Shown piece by piece: positions 27,501-36,482 of a stretch of 40,490 nt of DNA. The stretch spans positions 1 to 40,490 of the forward strand of contig CAZHDF010000006.1 in NCBI GenBank assembly GCA_964531525.1, written 5' to 3'. The notes under the pieces were generated by a model. That model saw only the letters and a list, made by a program, of their open reading frames with translations. It did no database searches and had not been told where the DNA came from. The first letter of the stretch is position 1, and the number at the start of each line of letters is the position of its first letter. A program made the position numbers and the translations under genes. The DNA comes from an uncultured Alphaproteobacteria bacterium (GTDB lineage: Bacteria > Pseudomonadota > Alphaproteobacteria > JAAXGF01).

Positions 27501-29165
27501 TCACGGCCCCGGGGGACGGATCGCGGGCGGCAGGGCGGCGTTGGGGAAGGGGCCGATCGCCGTCATGTCGACCTCGACCAGCGCCGGCCCGCCGCGCGCG
27601 AGCGCCTCGGCGACCGCGTCCGCCAGCTCCTCGGCGCTTTTCGCCAAGCGGTGCGCGAGGCCCGTCGCCCGGGCGAGCCCGGCGAGATCGGGGCCGCGCA
27701 GGTCGTCATAGGCGTGGCGGCCGCCGTAATGGGCGTCCTGGATCTTGCGGATCACGCCGTAGCCCCGGTCGTTCATGACGATGAGCACCAGGTCGAGCCC
27801 TTCCTGCGCCAGGGTCGAGATCTCGCCGAGGTTGAGGAAGAAGCCGCCGTCGCCGACCATCGCGACCGTCTTGCGCGGCGCGGCGCCGACCGCGGCGCCG
27901 ATCGCGAGCGGCATGCCGAGGCCGATGCCCGCGGCGACCGGGTAGATGTTGTCGCGCGGGCCGAAGATCGGATACAGCCGGTTGCCCCAGGTACTGTTGT
28001 TGAGCGTGATGTCGCGCGCCCAGACCGCGTCGCGCGGGACCACGGCGCGCAGCTTGTCGCAGACCTCGGCATAGGCGCCGAGGCCGTCGCGGAAGCGCGC
28101 GGCGGTCCTTGCGCGCAGCGCCGCGATCTCGCCCGCGAAGCCGGGCTCGACCGCCATGCGCCCAGCGAGCTTCTCGGCGAGCGCGTCGAGCGTTCTCGCC
28201 GCATCGCCCCGGATGAACAGATCGTTCGCATAGCCGCGCCCGTCGGCGGCCGGGTCGATATCGATGCGGACGCGCCGTTCGGGCAGGGCGAGCGCGCCGT
28301 CGCGGGTTTCGTGCCCGCGCAGCCGCGAGCCCGCGATCACCATCAGATCGACGGTCCCGTAGAACGCCTCGACCTCGGGGGTCGCGTTGAACGCGCCGAG
28401 CGTCATGGGGTGGTCCTCGGGCAGGATTGCGCGCCCGTGCATGCTGGTGACCACGGCGACGCCGAGATCGGCGAGCCGCGCCGCCGCCGCGCCCGCGTCG
28501 ATCGCGCCCGCGCCGAGCCACAGCAGGGGCCGCCGCGCCGCCGCGAGCCGTTCGGCGGCGGCCTCGAGCGCCGCCGCGTCGGGCTCGGCCGCCGGCGGCA
28601 CGGGCAGGGCGAGGCCGTCGAGCGCCCCGGGCAGGGCGGCGAGCGCGGTCTTTTGCACGTCGATCGGGATCTCGACGCTGACCGGGCCCATGGGCGGGGT
28701 CAGCGCCTCGGCGGCGGCGCGGGCGAGGGTGTCGAGCAGCGTCTCGGCGCTCTCCGCGCGCCAGGCCGCCTTCGAGACCGCGCGCAGCATGGCGAGCTGG
28801 TCGGGCACGTCGTGGACCGGGCCGCGCCCCCGGCCGATCAGCGCTCGCGCCGTCTGGCCGGTGAGATGCAGGATCGGGCTGCCCGCGATCCGCGCCTCGA
28901 TCAGGCCGCCGGCGGCGTTGGCGGCGCCCGGCCCGGTGCTCGTGAACAGGACGCCGAGCCGGCCGCTGACGCGGGCGAAGGCGTCGGCCATGCTGGCGGC
29001 CCCGGCCTCGCCCCGGGCGGGCACGAAGCGGATCCGGTTGCGCCGCGCGATCGCGTCCAGCATCGGCAGGTTGTGGATCGAGATCACGCCGAACGCGGTC
29101 TCGACCCCGATCTCGGCGAGAAACGCGGCGACCAGGTCGCCCGCGTCGATCGGCGTGTCGGTCAT
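27501..29165 (-). CDS. Thiamine pyrophosphate-binding enzyme
   Basis: FGVISIHNLP, ARGEAGA, TSTGPGAAN, VGDGG...MNDRGYG; start re-placed at ATG 29165. Confidence 0.9.
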   Translation of the reverse strand: MTDTPIDAGDLVAAFLAEIGVETAFGVISIHNLPMLDAIARRNRIRFVPARGEAGAASMADAFARVSGRLGVLFTSTGPGAANAAGGLIEARIAGSPILHLTGQTARALIGRGRGPVHDVPDQLAMLRAVSKAAWRAESAETLLDTLARAAAEALTPPMGPVSVEIPIDVQKTALAALPGALDGLALPVPPAAEPDAAALEAAAERLAAARRPLLWLGAGAIDAGAAAARLADLGVAVVTSMHGRAILPEDHPMTLGAFNATPEVEAFYGTVDLMVIAGSRLRGHETRDGALALPERRVRIDIDPAADGRGYANDLFIRGDAARTLDALAEKLAGRMAVEPGFAGEIAALRARTAARFRDGLGAYAEVCDKLRAVVPRDAVWARDITLNNSTWGNRLYPIFGPRDNIYPVAAGIGLGMPLAIGAAVGAAPRKTVAMVGDGGFFLNLGEISTLAQEGLDLVLIVMNDRGYGVIRKIQDAHYGGRHAYDDLRGPDLAGLARATGLAHRLAKSAEELADAVAEALARGGPALVEVDMTAIGPFPNAALPPAIRPPGP

Positions 29166-29552
29166 GGCTTTGCTCCCCGCTTCCGTCCAACGGCCCCGCG
29201 TCGCCCGGTAGAGTGCGGCGACCGCGTCCGCGCGTCCACCCCCGGCGTTTTCCACGCCGCGCCGGCGCATTTCCAGGACAATGGGAAAATCCCCGTCAAG
29301 TCGAGCCGAGTGAACGGCGTTCACCATATATATACCTGAGAATAATACGAAAAATTATCAGCGAAATTCTTCGGTATTGGGAAATATCCTGGGTCATTGC
29401 CGAAACCCGGAAGTGCGACGCGCCGATAGGCGCATATCGCGAGCGATGCCTTCATGTTGCGCGCCTTTTTCGGGTGGCGGCGGGTTTACCGGGCGTTAGG
29501 GGTGGGGCGCTATGGTTTCGGCTTCTTTGATCGGCTCGGGATACGGGAAGCG

Positions 29553-29900
29553 ATGAGCGAACGGAGCGAGGACATGGGCGCGGTCGAGACCGCCTCGGCG
29601 ACGGTTGCGATTTCGGAGGCTCTTTCGGGCGCTTTTTCGGTCCGGGGGCTCGATGCCGGTTCGGGGTCGAGCGCGGCCGCCGCTCCGCCGAAGGGGCGCG
29701 CGGAGCGACGGTTGGTCGCCGACGCGCCGCTCGGGCTGCGGCGGGTCGAGAGCGCCGCGCCGGCCGCCGCGCGCCGTCGCGGGAGCGGGCGCGTGCTCGC
29801 CGCGCTCGACGCATCGCTCCGGATGCTCGCCCGGCCGCTCGCCCAGGCCCTCCGGGACGCGCCCCCCGAGCGCCGGGAGCCGCGCCTGCGCGCCGACTGA
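29553..29900 (+). CDS. Hypothetical protein
   Basis: ORF downstream of an AT-rich promoter-like tract; no recognisable motif; start uncertain. Confidence 0.35.
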   Translation: MSERSEDMGAVETASATVAISEALSGAFSVRGLDAGSGSSAAAAPPKGRAERRLVADAPLGLRRVESAAPAAARRRGSGRVLAALDASLRMLARPLAQALRDAPPERREPRLRAD

Positions 29901-30071
29901 GCGCGCGCCCGGTTTTCGCTTCCTTCCGTTTTTCGCCGTCGTCGCCCGCGGCTTCCGTTCGGCCTTTTCGTCCGATTTCCGTCCGCACCCGCGCGCCTTC
30001 CGGTCGCGATCGGCGTATACTGCGTGCGCCCGTCGCGCTGGGCGGCGGGGGAAACGAAAACGGGAGGCGTC

Positions 30072-30779
30072 ATGGACGGACGGCGCGACAGACGGCCCGA
30101 TGGGCTTGAGCCTGGGCTTGGACTCAAGCCGGGACGTGGCGCTCTCGCGCGGCTCGTCCGCGTGTTCGCCGTCGCGATCGTCCTGATCGCCGCCGCCTCG
30201 ATCCCCGCCCGGGAGAGCGGCGCCGCGGGCGACGGCGCGAAAGGCGAGGCCGCGCCGGGTTCGTTCGCCGGGCGCTATCTGGTGGCGCTGCCCGAGATGA
30301 CCGATCCGCGCTTCAGCGAGACGGTCATTTATCTCGTCGAGCACGACGCGAACGGCGCCTTCGGCCTGATCGTCAACCGGACCATGGGCGAGGTCGCGCT
30401 CGCCGATCTGCTCGATCGGCTCGGGATCGATCCCGGGAAGGCCGAGGGGAGCCTGCGCATCTATTACGGCGGCCCGGTCGAACCCGGCCTCGGCTTCGTG
30501 ATCCATTCCAGAATGTATCGCACGAAGGGCACGCGTCCCCTCGGCGACCATCTCGCCCTGTCGCCCGGCGTCCCCGTGCTGCGCGATCTCGCGGCGGGGC
30601 GGGGGCCCAGGCACCGGTTGATCGCGTTCGGCTACGCGGGCTGGGGGCCGGGTCAGCTCGAGGCCGAGATCGCCCGGGGCGGCTGGGCCGTGATCGAGGG
30701 CGATCCGGGGCTGATCTTCGGCCGGGACGACGCGCGCAAATGGCAACGCGCGCTCGATCTTTTCGGCATCGATCTCTGA
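30072..30779 (+). CDS. YqgE/AlgH (DUF179) family protein with N-terminal hydrophobic extension
   Basis: LVALPEMTDPRFSETVIY, GAFGLIVNR, YYGGPV, FGYAGWGPGQLEAEI..GGW; ATG 30072 after GGAGG. Confidence 0.9.
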   Translation: MDGRRDRRPDGLEPGLGLKPGRGALARLVRVFAVAIVLIAAASIPARESGAAGDGAKGEAAPGSFAGRYLVALPEMTDPRFSETVIYLVEHDANGAFGLIVNRTMGEVALADLLDRLGIDPGKAEGSLRIYYGGPVEPGLGFVIHSRMYRTKGTRPLGDHLALSPGVPVLRDLAAGRGPRHRLIAFGYAGWGPGQLEAEIARGGWAVIEGDPGLIFGRDDARKWQRALDLFGIDL

Positions 30780-30790
30780 TATCGACGAGT

Positions 30791-30847
30791 CCGCGCGCTT
30801 GAGCTTATGCGAGGGAAGCCTGGTGGCGCTTGAATGCCCGGCGAGCC
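30791..30847 (+). repeat. Dispersed ~57-bp intergenic repeat, copy 2
   Basis: Aligns with 27385-27441. Confidence 0.75.
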
Positions 30848-30949
30848 GGGCAATCGGTCCACCGGTTCGATATCGCCTCGCCGGAGCGCTGGATTTGCGC
30901 GGCAATCGACTTAGGTTAAACAGGCAGCGAGAGAAGGGGGACAAGAACG

Positions 30950-31420
30950 GTGGCGAACCAGACAGCGATTTTCGGCGCGGGCTGCTTCTGGGGCGTCGAG
31001 GCGGCATTCCGCCGAATCGACGGCGTGGTCGAGACCGAGGTCGGCTATGCCGGCGGCGACCTGCCCGATCCCGACTATCGCGCCGTTTGCGCCGGCCACA
31101 CGGGGCATGCCGAGGTGGTGCGCGTCGTGTTCGACCCCGACCGGCTGCCTTACGAGCGCTTGCTCGAGGTCTTTTTCGAGATCCACGATCCCACCCTGCT
31201 CAACCGCCAGGGGCCCGATGTCGGCAGCCAGTACCGTTCGATCATTCTGACCCACGGCCCCGAGCAGACGGCGGCCGCCCAGGCGGCCAAGGCGACGCTC
31301 GAGGCCTCGGGCCGGTTCGCGGCCCCGATCGTGACCGAGATCGTCGAGGCGGGACCGTTCTACGCCGCCGAGGATTATCACCAGCGCTATTTCGAAAAAC
31401 GCGGCCTCCACCGCGACTGA
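30950..31420 (+). CDS. msrA: Peptide-methionine (S)-S-oxide reductase MsrA
   Basis: GAGCFWGVE, TGHAEVV, NRQGPDVGSQYRS, AEDYHQRY. Confidence 0.96.
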   Translation: MANQTAIFGAGCFWGVEAAFRRIDGVVETEVGYAGGDLPDPDYRAVCAGHTGHAEVVRVVFDPDRLPYERLLEVFFEIHDPTLLNRQGPDVGSQYRSIILTHGPEQTAAAQAAKATLEASGRFAAPIVTEIVEAGPFYAAEDYHQRYFEKRGLHRD

Positions 31421-31481
31421 TCGCCGCCCCGGCGAAAGGCGCCGCCCCGGCGCGTCGGTTGTTTTCGCGCCGGGTCCGGGA

Positions 31482-34400
31482 TCAGGGCGCGGTCGGGAGC
31501 GCCTGGACCAGCGAGACGTGAAGCCAGCCGTCGGTGCCGTCGGCCAGGCGGACCCGGAGCCAGTCGCCCTCGCGCGCGCGCGGCGTGAGCACCGTGCCCT
31601 GGCCGACCTGGGCGAGCACGCGGGCGCTCGGCGACGGCCAGGCGCGCAGGTTGGCGGTCGTGGGCAGGGTTTCGACCGGCGCGCCGACCGCAATCGCCGG
31701 CACGGCCGCCTCCTCCCATAAGACGCCGCCAAAGCGGTAGACCGCCGGGCCGAGCAGCAGCGCGAGCACGAGCGTGCCCACGGCCGCGGCATGGCGCCGC
31801 CGGGTCGCGACGTGGCGTCGCAGCCGGTCGCCGAGATTAGAGATCGCGCCGCGCGCATGCCGCAGGCGACGGGAAAGCCGCGCCCGCGCCGCGGCGCCAC
31901 CGCCGTCCGCATCGCGCGCGGGCCCGGGCGCGTTCGATTCGTCGTCCGCGCGAGACGCGCGGGACCGGGATGTCGGCGGAGCCTGGCGCGCGGCCTGCTG
32001 GCGGGCGATCGCCGCGGCGAGCCGGCGTTTCTTGTCGGCGATGCGCCGGGCTTCCTCATCGGCCGCGCGGCGGCGCTCCTCCTCCTCGCGCGCGACCTCG
32101 GCGGCGGCGAGGCGGCGGGCATGGTTGATGGCCGCGGTCTTCCAGTCGGAGCTCGTGGCGGTGCGCTGGAGCTCGCGCCGCGCCTTGGTCCGGGCGGTGT
32201 CGAGCGCGCGCCGGCGTTCGGCCTCGATCTCGATCTTGGCCTGCTCGATCGCGCGCCGGCGGTCCTCCTCGATGCGCTGGCGCGCTTCCTCGATGGTCTT
32301 GCGTTCGTGCTCGGCGGCCTTCTTGCGCGCCTCCTCGATGAGGCGGCGTTCCTCCTCGGCGGCGCGCGCGCGGGCTTCCTCGACGACCCGGCGTTGCTCG
32401 TCGGTGCTTCGGGCGCGCACCGCTTCGATGGCGGCGCGCTGCTCGTCGGCGGCGCGGGCGAGGGCGGCCTCGATGGCGGCGCGTTGCTCGTCGGCGGCGC
32501 GGCGTTGGACCTCGTCGAGCGCCGCCTTCTGCTCTTCCTCGATGCGTTGACGCGCGGCCTCGATCGCCTTGCGTTTTTCCTCCTCGGCCCGGCGGGCGGC
32601 GTCCTCGACGGCGCGCTTTTGTTCCTCGGCATTGCGGCGCTCGATCTCCTCGATCGCGGCCTTCCGCTCGCGCTCTGCCTTTTCGCGCGCGGCCTCGACG
32701 GCGCGCTGCTGCTCTTCGGCGGCCTTGCGACGCGCGGCCTCGATCGCCGCGTTCTTCTCGGCCTCGGCGCGCGCGCGCGCGGCCTCGATGGCGGCGCGGG
32801 TTTCCTTCTCGGCGCGCGCGGCGACCGCCTCGATGGCGCGGCGCTGCTCGTCCTCGATCCGCCGGTTGGCCTCGGCGAGCGCGGCCTCCTTTTCGGCCTC
32901 GGCGCGGCGCGTCGCCTCGTCGATGGCGCGGCGTTTCTCCTCCTCGACGCGCTTCTTGGCTTCCTCGGCGGCGCGCCGTTCCTCGCCCGCCGCGCGTTCG
33001 CGGGCTTCCTCGACGATCCGGCGCTGCTCGTCGGCGGCCTTGGCGCGCACGTCCTCGATGGCGCGCTGGCGTTCCTCCTCGGCGCGGGCATGGACCGCGT
33101 CGACGGCGCGCGCGTGCTCGGCCTCGATCCGCTCGCGGGCCTCGGCGAGCAGGCGCTCCTGCGCCGCCTCGGCGCGCGCGCGGGCGTCCTCGGCGGCGCG
33201 GGCCTCGGCCTCCTCGATGCGTTTTTGGGCCTCGGCGAGCGCCGCGCGTTCCTGGGCCTCGATCGCCTTCTGGCTGACCTCGTTGGCCTCGCGCTCGCGC
33301 GCCGCGGCGCGTTCGCGGGCCTCGGCGAGCAGCTTTTTCTCGATCTCGCGGGCGTTGCGCTTGGCCTCCTCGATGGCGCGGCGCTTCTCCTCCTCGATCG
33401 CCAGGCGCGCCTGCTCGACCGCCTCGCGGCGCTCCTCCTCGGCGCGTGCGCGGGCCTCGGCGAGCGCCTCGCGCTCCTGGGCCTCGATCCGCTTCTTGGC
33501 CTCCTCGATCGCGGCGCTCTGCTGGGCGCGAATTTCGCGCTTGGCCTGCGCGATGGCGGCCTTTCGTTCTTCCTCGGCGTGTTTCCTGGCCTCCTCGACG
33601 ACCCGGCGCTGCTCCTCCTCGGCGGCGCGAAGCGCCTCGGCCACGGCGCGCTCGCGCTCCTCCTCGGCGCGTTGGCGGATTTCCTCGATCGCCGCCTTCT
33701 GTTCTTCCTCGGCGCGCTTGCGGGCCTCCTCGACGACCCGGCGCTGCTGCTCCTCGATCTCGCGCTTGGCGCGCTCGAGCGCCTCGCGCTGCTCCTCCTC
33801 GGCCTTGCGGCGCGCTTCCTCGACGATTTTTGACTGGGCGTCGGCGGCGTGTTTCCTGGCCTCCTCGACGATCCGGCGCTGCTCTTCCTCGGCATGCGCG
33901 AGCGCGGCCTCGATCGCCGCCTTTTGCTGCGCCTCGATCTCGCTCCTGGCCTCGTCGATGGCTTTTTTGCGTTCGGCGTCGGCGCGCTCGCGGGCCTCCT
34001 CGAGCAGTCGTTGGCGCTCGGCCTCGGTCGCCTGCTTGACCGCGTCGACGGCGCGGCGCTGCTCTTCCTCGGCGCGGGCGCGGGTTTCGGCGATCAGGCG
34101 GTCGCGTTCCTCGGCGGCCTCGCGCTTGGCCTGCTCGATGGCTTTCCGGCGCTCTTCCTCGGCCTTGCGCCGGGTTTCCTCGACGATCCGCTCCTGGAGC
34201 GCCTCGGCTTCGCGGCGCGCGGCCTCGATCGCCGCCTTGTGCTCTTCCTCGGCCTTCCTGCGCGCCTCCGCGACGACCCGGCGCTGCTCCTCGGCGGCTT
34301 CGCGCTTGGCCTGCTCGATGGCGGCCTTCTGCTCCTCCTCGGCCTTCTTGCGAGCTTCGGCGAGGATGCGGCGTTGTTCGTCGGCGGCCTGGCGGCGGGC

Positions 34401-34979
34401 CTCCTCGATGACCTTGCGCCGTTCCTCGCGGGTGCGGCGCGCGGCCTCCTCGCCGCCCAGACGCGCCTCCTCCTCGGCCTTGCGGCGCGCCTCCTCGGCC
34501 TCGCGGCGGCGGGTTTCGAGGATTCGGCGAAGGGTCTCGGCGGTGGCGTCGATCTCGATTTCGAAGCTGCCGATCGTGGTCGCCGCGTAGACCCCGTCGG
34601 CCTCGATCGACAGCACGCGAACCGGCAGCGTGAGAACCTCGTCGCAGCCCGGCTGGGGGATGAACTCGACGGTCTCGGCCTCTTCCGGGGTGAGCGACCA
34701 GCTTCGGTTGCCCGTGTCCTCGCCGGCCGACAGGCTGGCGCCGGGGGGCAGGCGATCGACCTTGACGACGATATGGCTCTTGGCGACCATCTCGCGCGCC
34801 CGCGGCACGCCGTGGATCTTGGCCGGGCCGATGCCCGCGAGCCGCTCGCCGAGCGCGAGCGGAACCCCCGCCACGATCTCCGTGACGGTGCCGCCGTCGT
34901 CGCCCGCGCCATCGGCGTTCGCGGTCGAAGGCGGATCGCCCGGCCGCGATTCGGGGCCAACAGAACGCTGATCGGTCAT
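31482..34979 (-). CDS. Large coiled-coil protein with 15-residue repeats, a near-C-terminal TM helix and a bacterial SH3-like domain
   Basis: N-terminal beta-rich module (LPPGASLSAGED.G..SWSLTP); long E/A/R/K/Q repeat region; TM segment VGTLVLALLLGPAVY; ANLRAWPS..ARVLAQV..G...EGDWLRV....GWLH (SH3b). Confidence 0.85.
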   Translation of the reverse strand: MTDQRSVGPESRPGDPPSTANADGAGDDGGTVTEIVAGVPLALGERLAGIGPAKIHGVPRAREMVAKSHIVVKVDRLPPGASLSAGEDTGNRSWSLTPEEAETVEFIPQPGCDEVLTLPVRVLSIEADGVYAATTIGSFEIEIDATAETLRRILETRRREAEEARRKAEEEARLGGEEAARRTREERRKVIEEARRQAADEQRRILAEARKKAEEEQKAAIEQAKREAAEEQRRVVAEARRKAEEEHKAAIEAARREAEALQERIVEETRRKAEEERRKAIEQAKREAAEERDRLIAETRARAEEEQRRAVDAVKQATEAERQRLLEEARERADAERKKAIDEARSEIEAQQKAAIEAALAHAEEEQRRIVEEARKHAADAQSKIVEEARRKAEEEQREALERAKREIEEQQRRVVEEARKRAEEEQKAAIEEIRQRAEEERERAVAEALRAAEEEQRRVVEEARKHAEEERKAAIAQAKREIRAQQSAAIEEAKKRIEAQEREALAEARARAEEERREAVEQARLAIEEEKRRAIEEAKRNAREIEKKLLAEARERAAAREREANEVSQKAIEAQERAALAEAQKRIEEAEARAAEDARARAEAAQERLLAEARERIEAEHARAVDAVHARAEEERQRAIEDVRAKAADEQRRIVEEARERAAGEERRAAEEAKKRVEEEKRRAIDEATRRAEAEKEAALAEANRRIEDEQRRAIEAVAARAEKETRAAIEAARARAEAEKNAAIEAARRKAAEEQQRAVEAAREKAERERKAAIEEIERRNAEEQKRAVEDAARRAEEEKRKAIEAARQRIEEEQKAALDEVQRRAADEQRAAIEAALARAADEQRAAIEAVRARSTDEQRRVVEEARARAAEEERRLIEEARKKAAEHERKTIEEARQRIEEDRRRAIEQAKIEIEAERRRALDTARTKARRELQRTATSSDWKTAAINHARRLAAAEVAREEEERRRAADEEARRIADKKRRLAAAIARQQAARQAPPTSRSRASRADDESNAPGPARDADGGGAAARARLSRRLRHARGAISNLGDRLRRHVATRRRHAAAVGTLVLALLLGPAVYRFGGVLWEEAAVPAIAVGAPVETLPTTANLRAWPSPSARVLAQVGQGTVLTPRAREGDWLRVRLADGTDGWLHVSLVQALPTAP

Positions 34980-35102
34980 GACATCGCGTGCAATGCGTGC
35001 TCCGAACGTCCCTTTCGCGCGCCTTCGCGGCGCGGCGAATCATCGACGACCGCCGCCCGCGAGGGGCGCACGGTCACGCGGATTCATTAGACACGTCAGG
35101 GG

Positions 35103-35177
35103 TTAGGAACGACTTAACGTTTACCGTGCCCCGTTTGCCGCGCCTCGCGAGGAGTTCCGGCGTTAACAGGCATTTTA
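35103..35177. promoter_or_regulatory. Two CtrA-like boxes in the divergent intergenic region
   Basis: TTAG-N7-TTAAC at 35103-35118 and GTTAA-N7-TTTA at 35162-35177; each has one mismatch to TTAA-N7-TTAA. Confidence 0.55.
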
Positions 35178-35265
35178 CGAGGCTCTGTTATTCCTGACGT
35201 GAGAGCGCCGCATCATGCCCGACTCCCGCCGGGCCCGAAGGGCGCGCGAGCTGAAGGGAACGGCA

Positions 35266-36330
35266 ATGGCAGACGCAGAAACGCCGCGCGAGGCGGCCGG
35301 AATCGACGCGGCGGCCCCCGGGACCGATCCCGTCGCCCCCGCCCCCGCCGCGCCCGACCTCGGGGCGGCGCCCGATTCCCCGCCCGCGCGCGCGGGCAAG
35401 ACGCGGCGCAAGCGCGCCCGCGCGACCGCCGCGCCTCGCGCCGGGCGCTGGACCCTCGCCGGCGTTCCCACCGAGATTCGCGATCTGGCGAAGAAGGCCG
35501 CGGCGGAGCGATCGGTCGGGGTCGTCGACTGGCTGAGCGAGGTGATCGCCGCCCATGCCGGGGCGGCCCCCGCGCCGCCGCCCGCCTCGATGCCCGAGGG
35601 CGGCCCGGGCCTCGACGATCTGCCGGCGCTGTTGCGCCTGTTGCCCGATCTCGCGCGCCGCCTCGAGGCGGTCGAGACGCGCGCGGACGCGCCCCGGATC
35701 GAGCCCGAGCGCCTGGAAGAGGCGCTTGCCCGGATCGACGCGCTCGACGCCCGCCTCGGAGAGACCGCCGAACGGAACGCGGCGCTTGCCGCGACGATCG
35801 AGGGGGCGTCGCTCGCGCGACTCGACGCGCTGCCCGATTTGACCTGCCGGATCGAGGCGCTGACCGCCCGGCTCGCCGAACTCGAGGCGCGCGAAACCGC
35901 CATGCCCCCCGCCGCCGACGGCGAGGGCTCGAACCTCGAGGACATGCTGGGGGTGCTCGAAGGCCGGCTCGCCGCGGTCGAAAGCGGCAAGGAAAACGCC
36001 GCCCCGGCGTTCGACGAACGGTTCGCCGCACTCGAGGCGCGCATCGCCGCGCTCGCCGAGCGGGTCGCGGCGACGCCCACGCCGGCGCTCGACGAGCTTC
36101 CCGGGCTGGTCGATCTCGTCGGCAAGATGAACCGGCGGCTCAAGGCGGTCGAAACCCGGCCCCGGGCGGCGACGAACGGCAAGACCGCGAGCGACAAGAC
36201 GACGGACGGCTCCGCGACCGAGCTCCTGGCCCGGGTCGAGATCCTGAGCAAGCGCCTCGCCGATCTCGAAACCCATAGGATCGAACCGCCGCGTCCGACC
36301 GCCTTCGGGCGACGCGGCCTCGGGCGCTAG
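35266..36330 (+). CDS. Hypothetical coiled-coil protein with a PodJ-N-terminus-like motif
   Basis: WTLAGVPTEIRDLAKKAAAERSVGVVDWLSEVI followed by repeated RLEAVE/RIEAL heptads; ATG 35266 after GAAGGG. Confidence 0.7.
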   Translation: MADAETPREAAGIDAAAPGTDPVAPAPAAPDLGAAPDSPPARAGKTRRKRARATAAPRAGRWTLAGVPTEIRDLAKKAAAERSVGVVDWLSEVIAAHAGAAPAPPPASMPEGGPGLDDLPALLRLLPDLARRLEAVETRADAPRIEPERLEEALARIDALDARLGETAERNAALAATIEGASLARLDALPDLTCRIEALTARLAELEARETAMPPAADGEGSNLEDMLGVLEGRLAAVESGKENAAPAFDERFAALEARIAALAERVAATPTPALDELPGLVDLVGKMNRRLKAVETRPRAATNGKTASDKTTDGSATELLARVEILSKRLADLETHRIEPPRPTAFGRRGLGR

Positions 36331-36482
36331 GGAGTCGTCTCCCGCGCGCGACCGTCGCGGTCGCGGCTCCCGGTCGGCTGTGATAGAACCCGGTCCCGTG
36401 GCCATGGGGGTGCCGGGACCATGCCGGACTGGAAAACGCCCGTTTTCGTCGAAAAAAGGCGCGTGCCCGCGTCGCCGAGCCG

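Noticed and set aside
22336-29165. Novel biosynthetic cluster (D-aminoacylase, TPP enzymes, acyl-CoA dehydrogenase, GNAT)
   Set aside because: Orientations are mixed, the families are common catabolic ones, and there is no scaffold enzyme or transporter; it looks like ordinary chromosome.
31482-34979. TolA annotation for the E/A/K/R-rich protein
   Set aside because: The TM helix is near the C-terminus rather than the N-terminus, the C-terminal domain is SH3b-like, and no tolQRB/pal genes are adjacent.
30911-35090. Very long alternative-frame ORFs (994, 995, 680, 673 aa) over the coiled-coil gene
   Set aside because: Shadow ORFs caused by high GC and repetitive codons; the translations are low-complexity R/A/S/P or L/G with no motifs.
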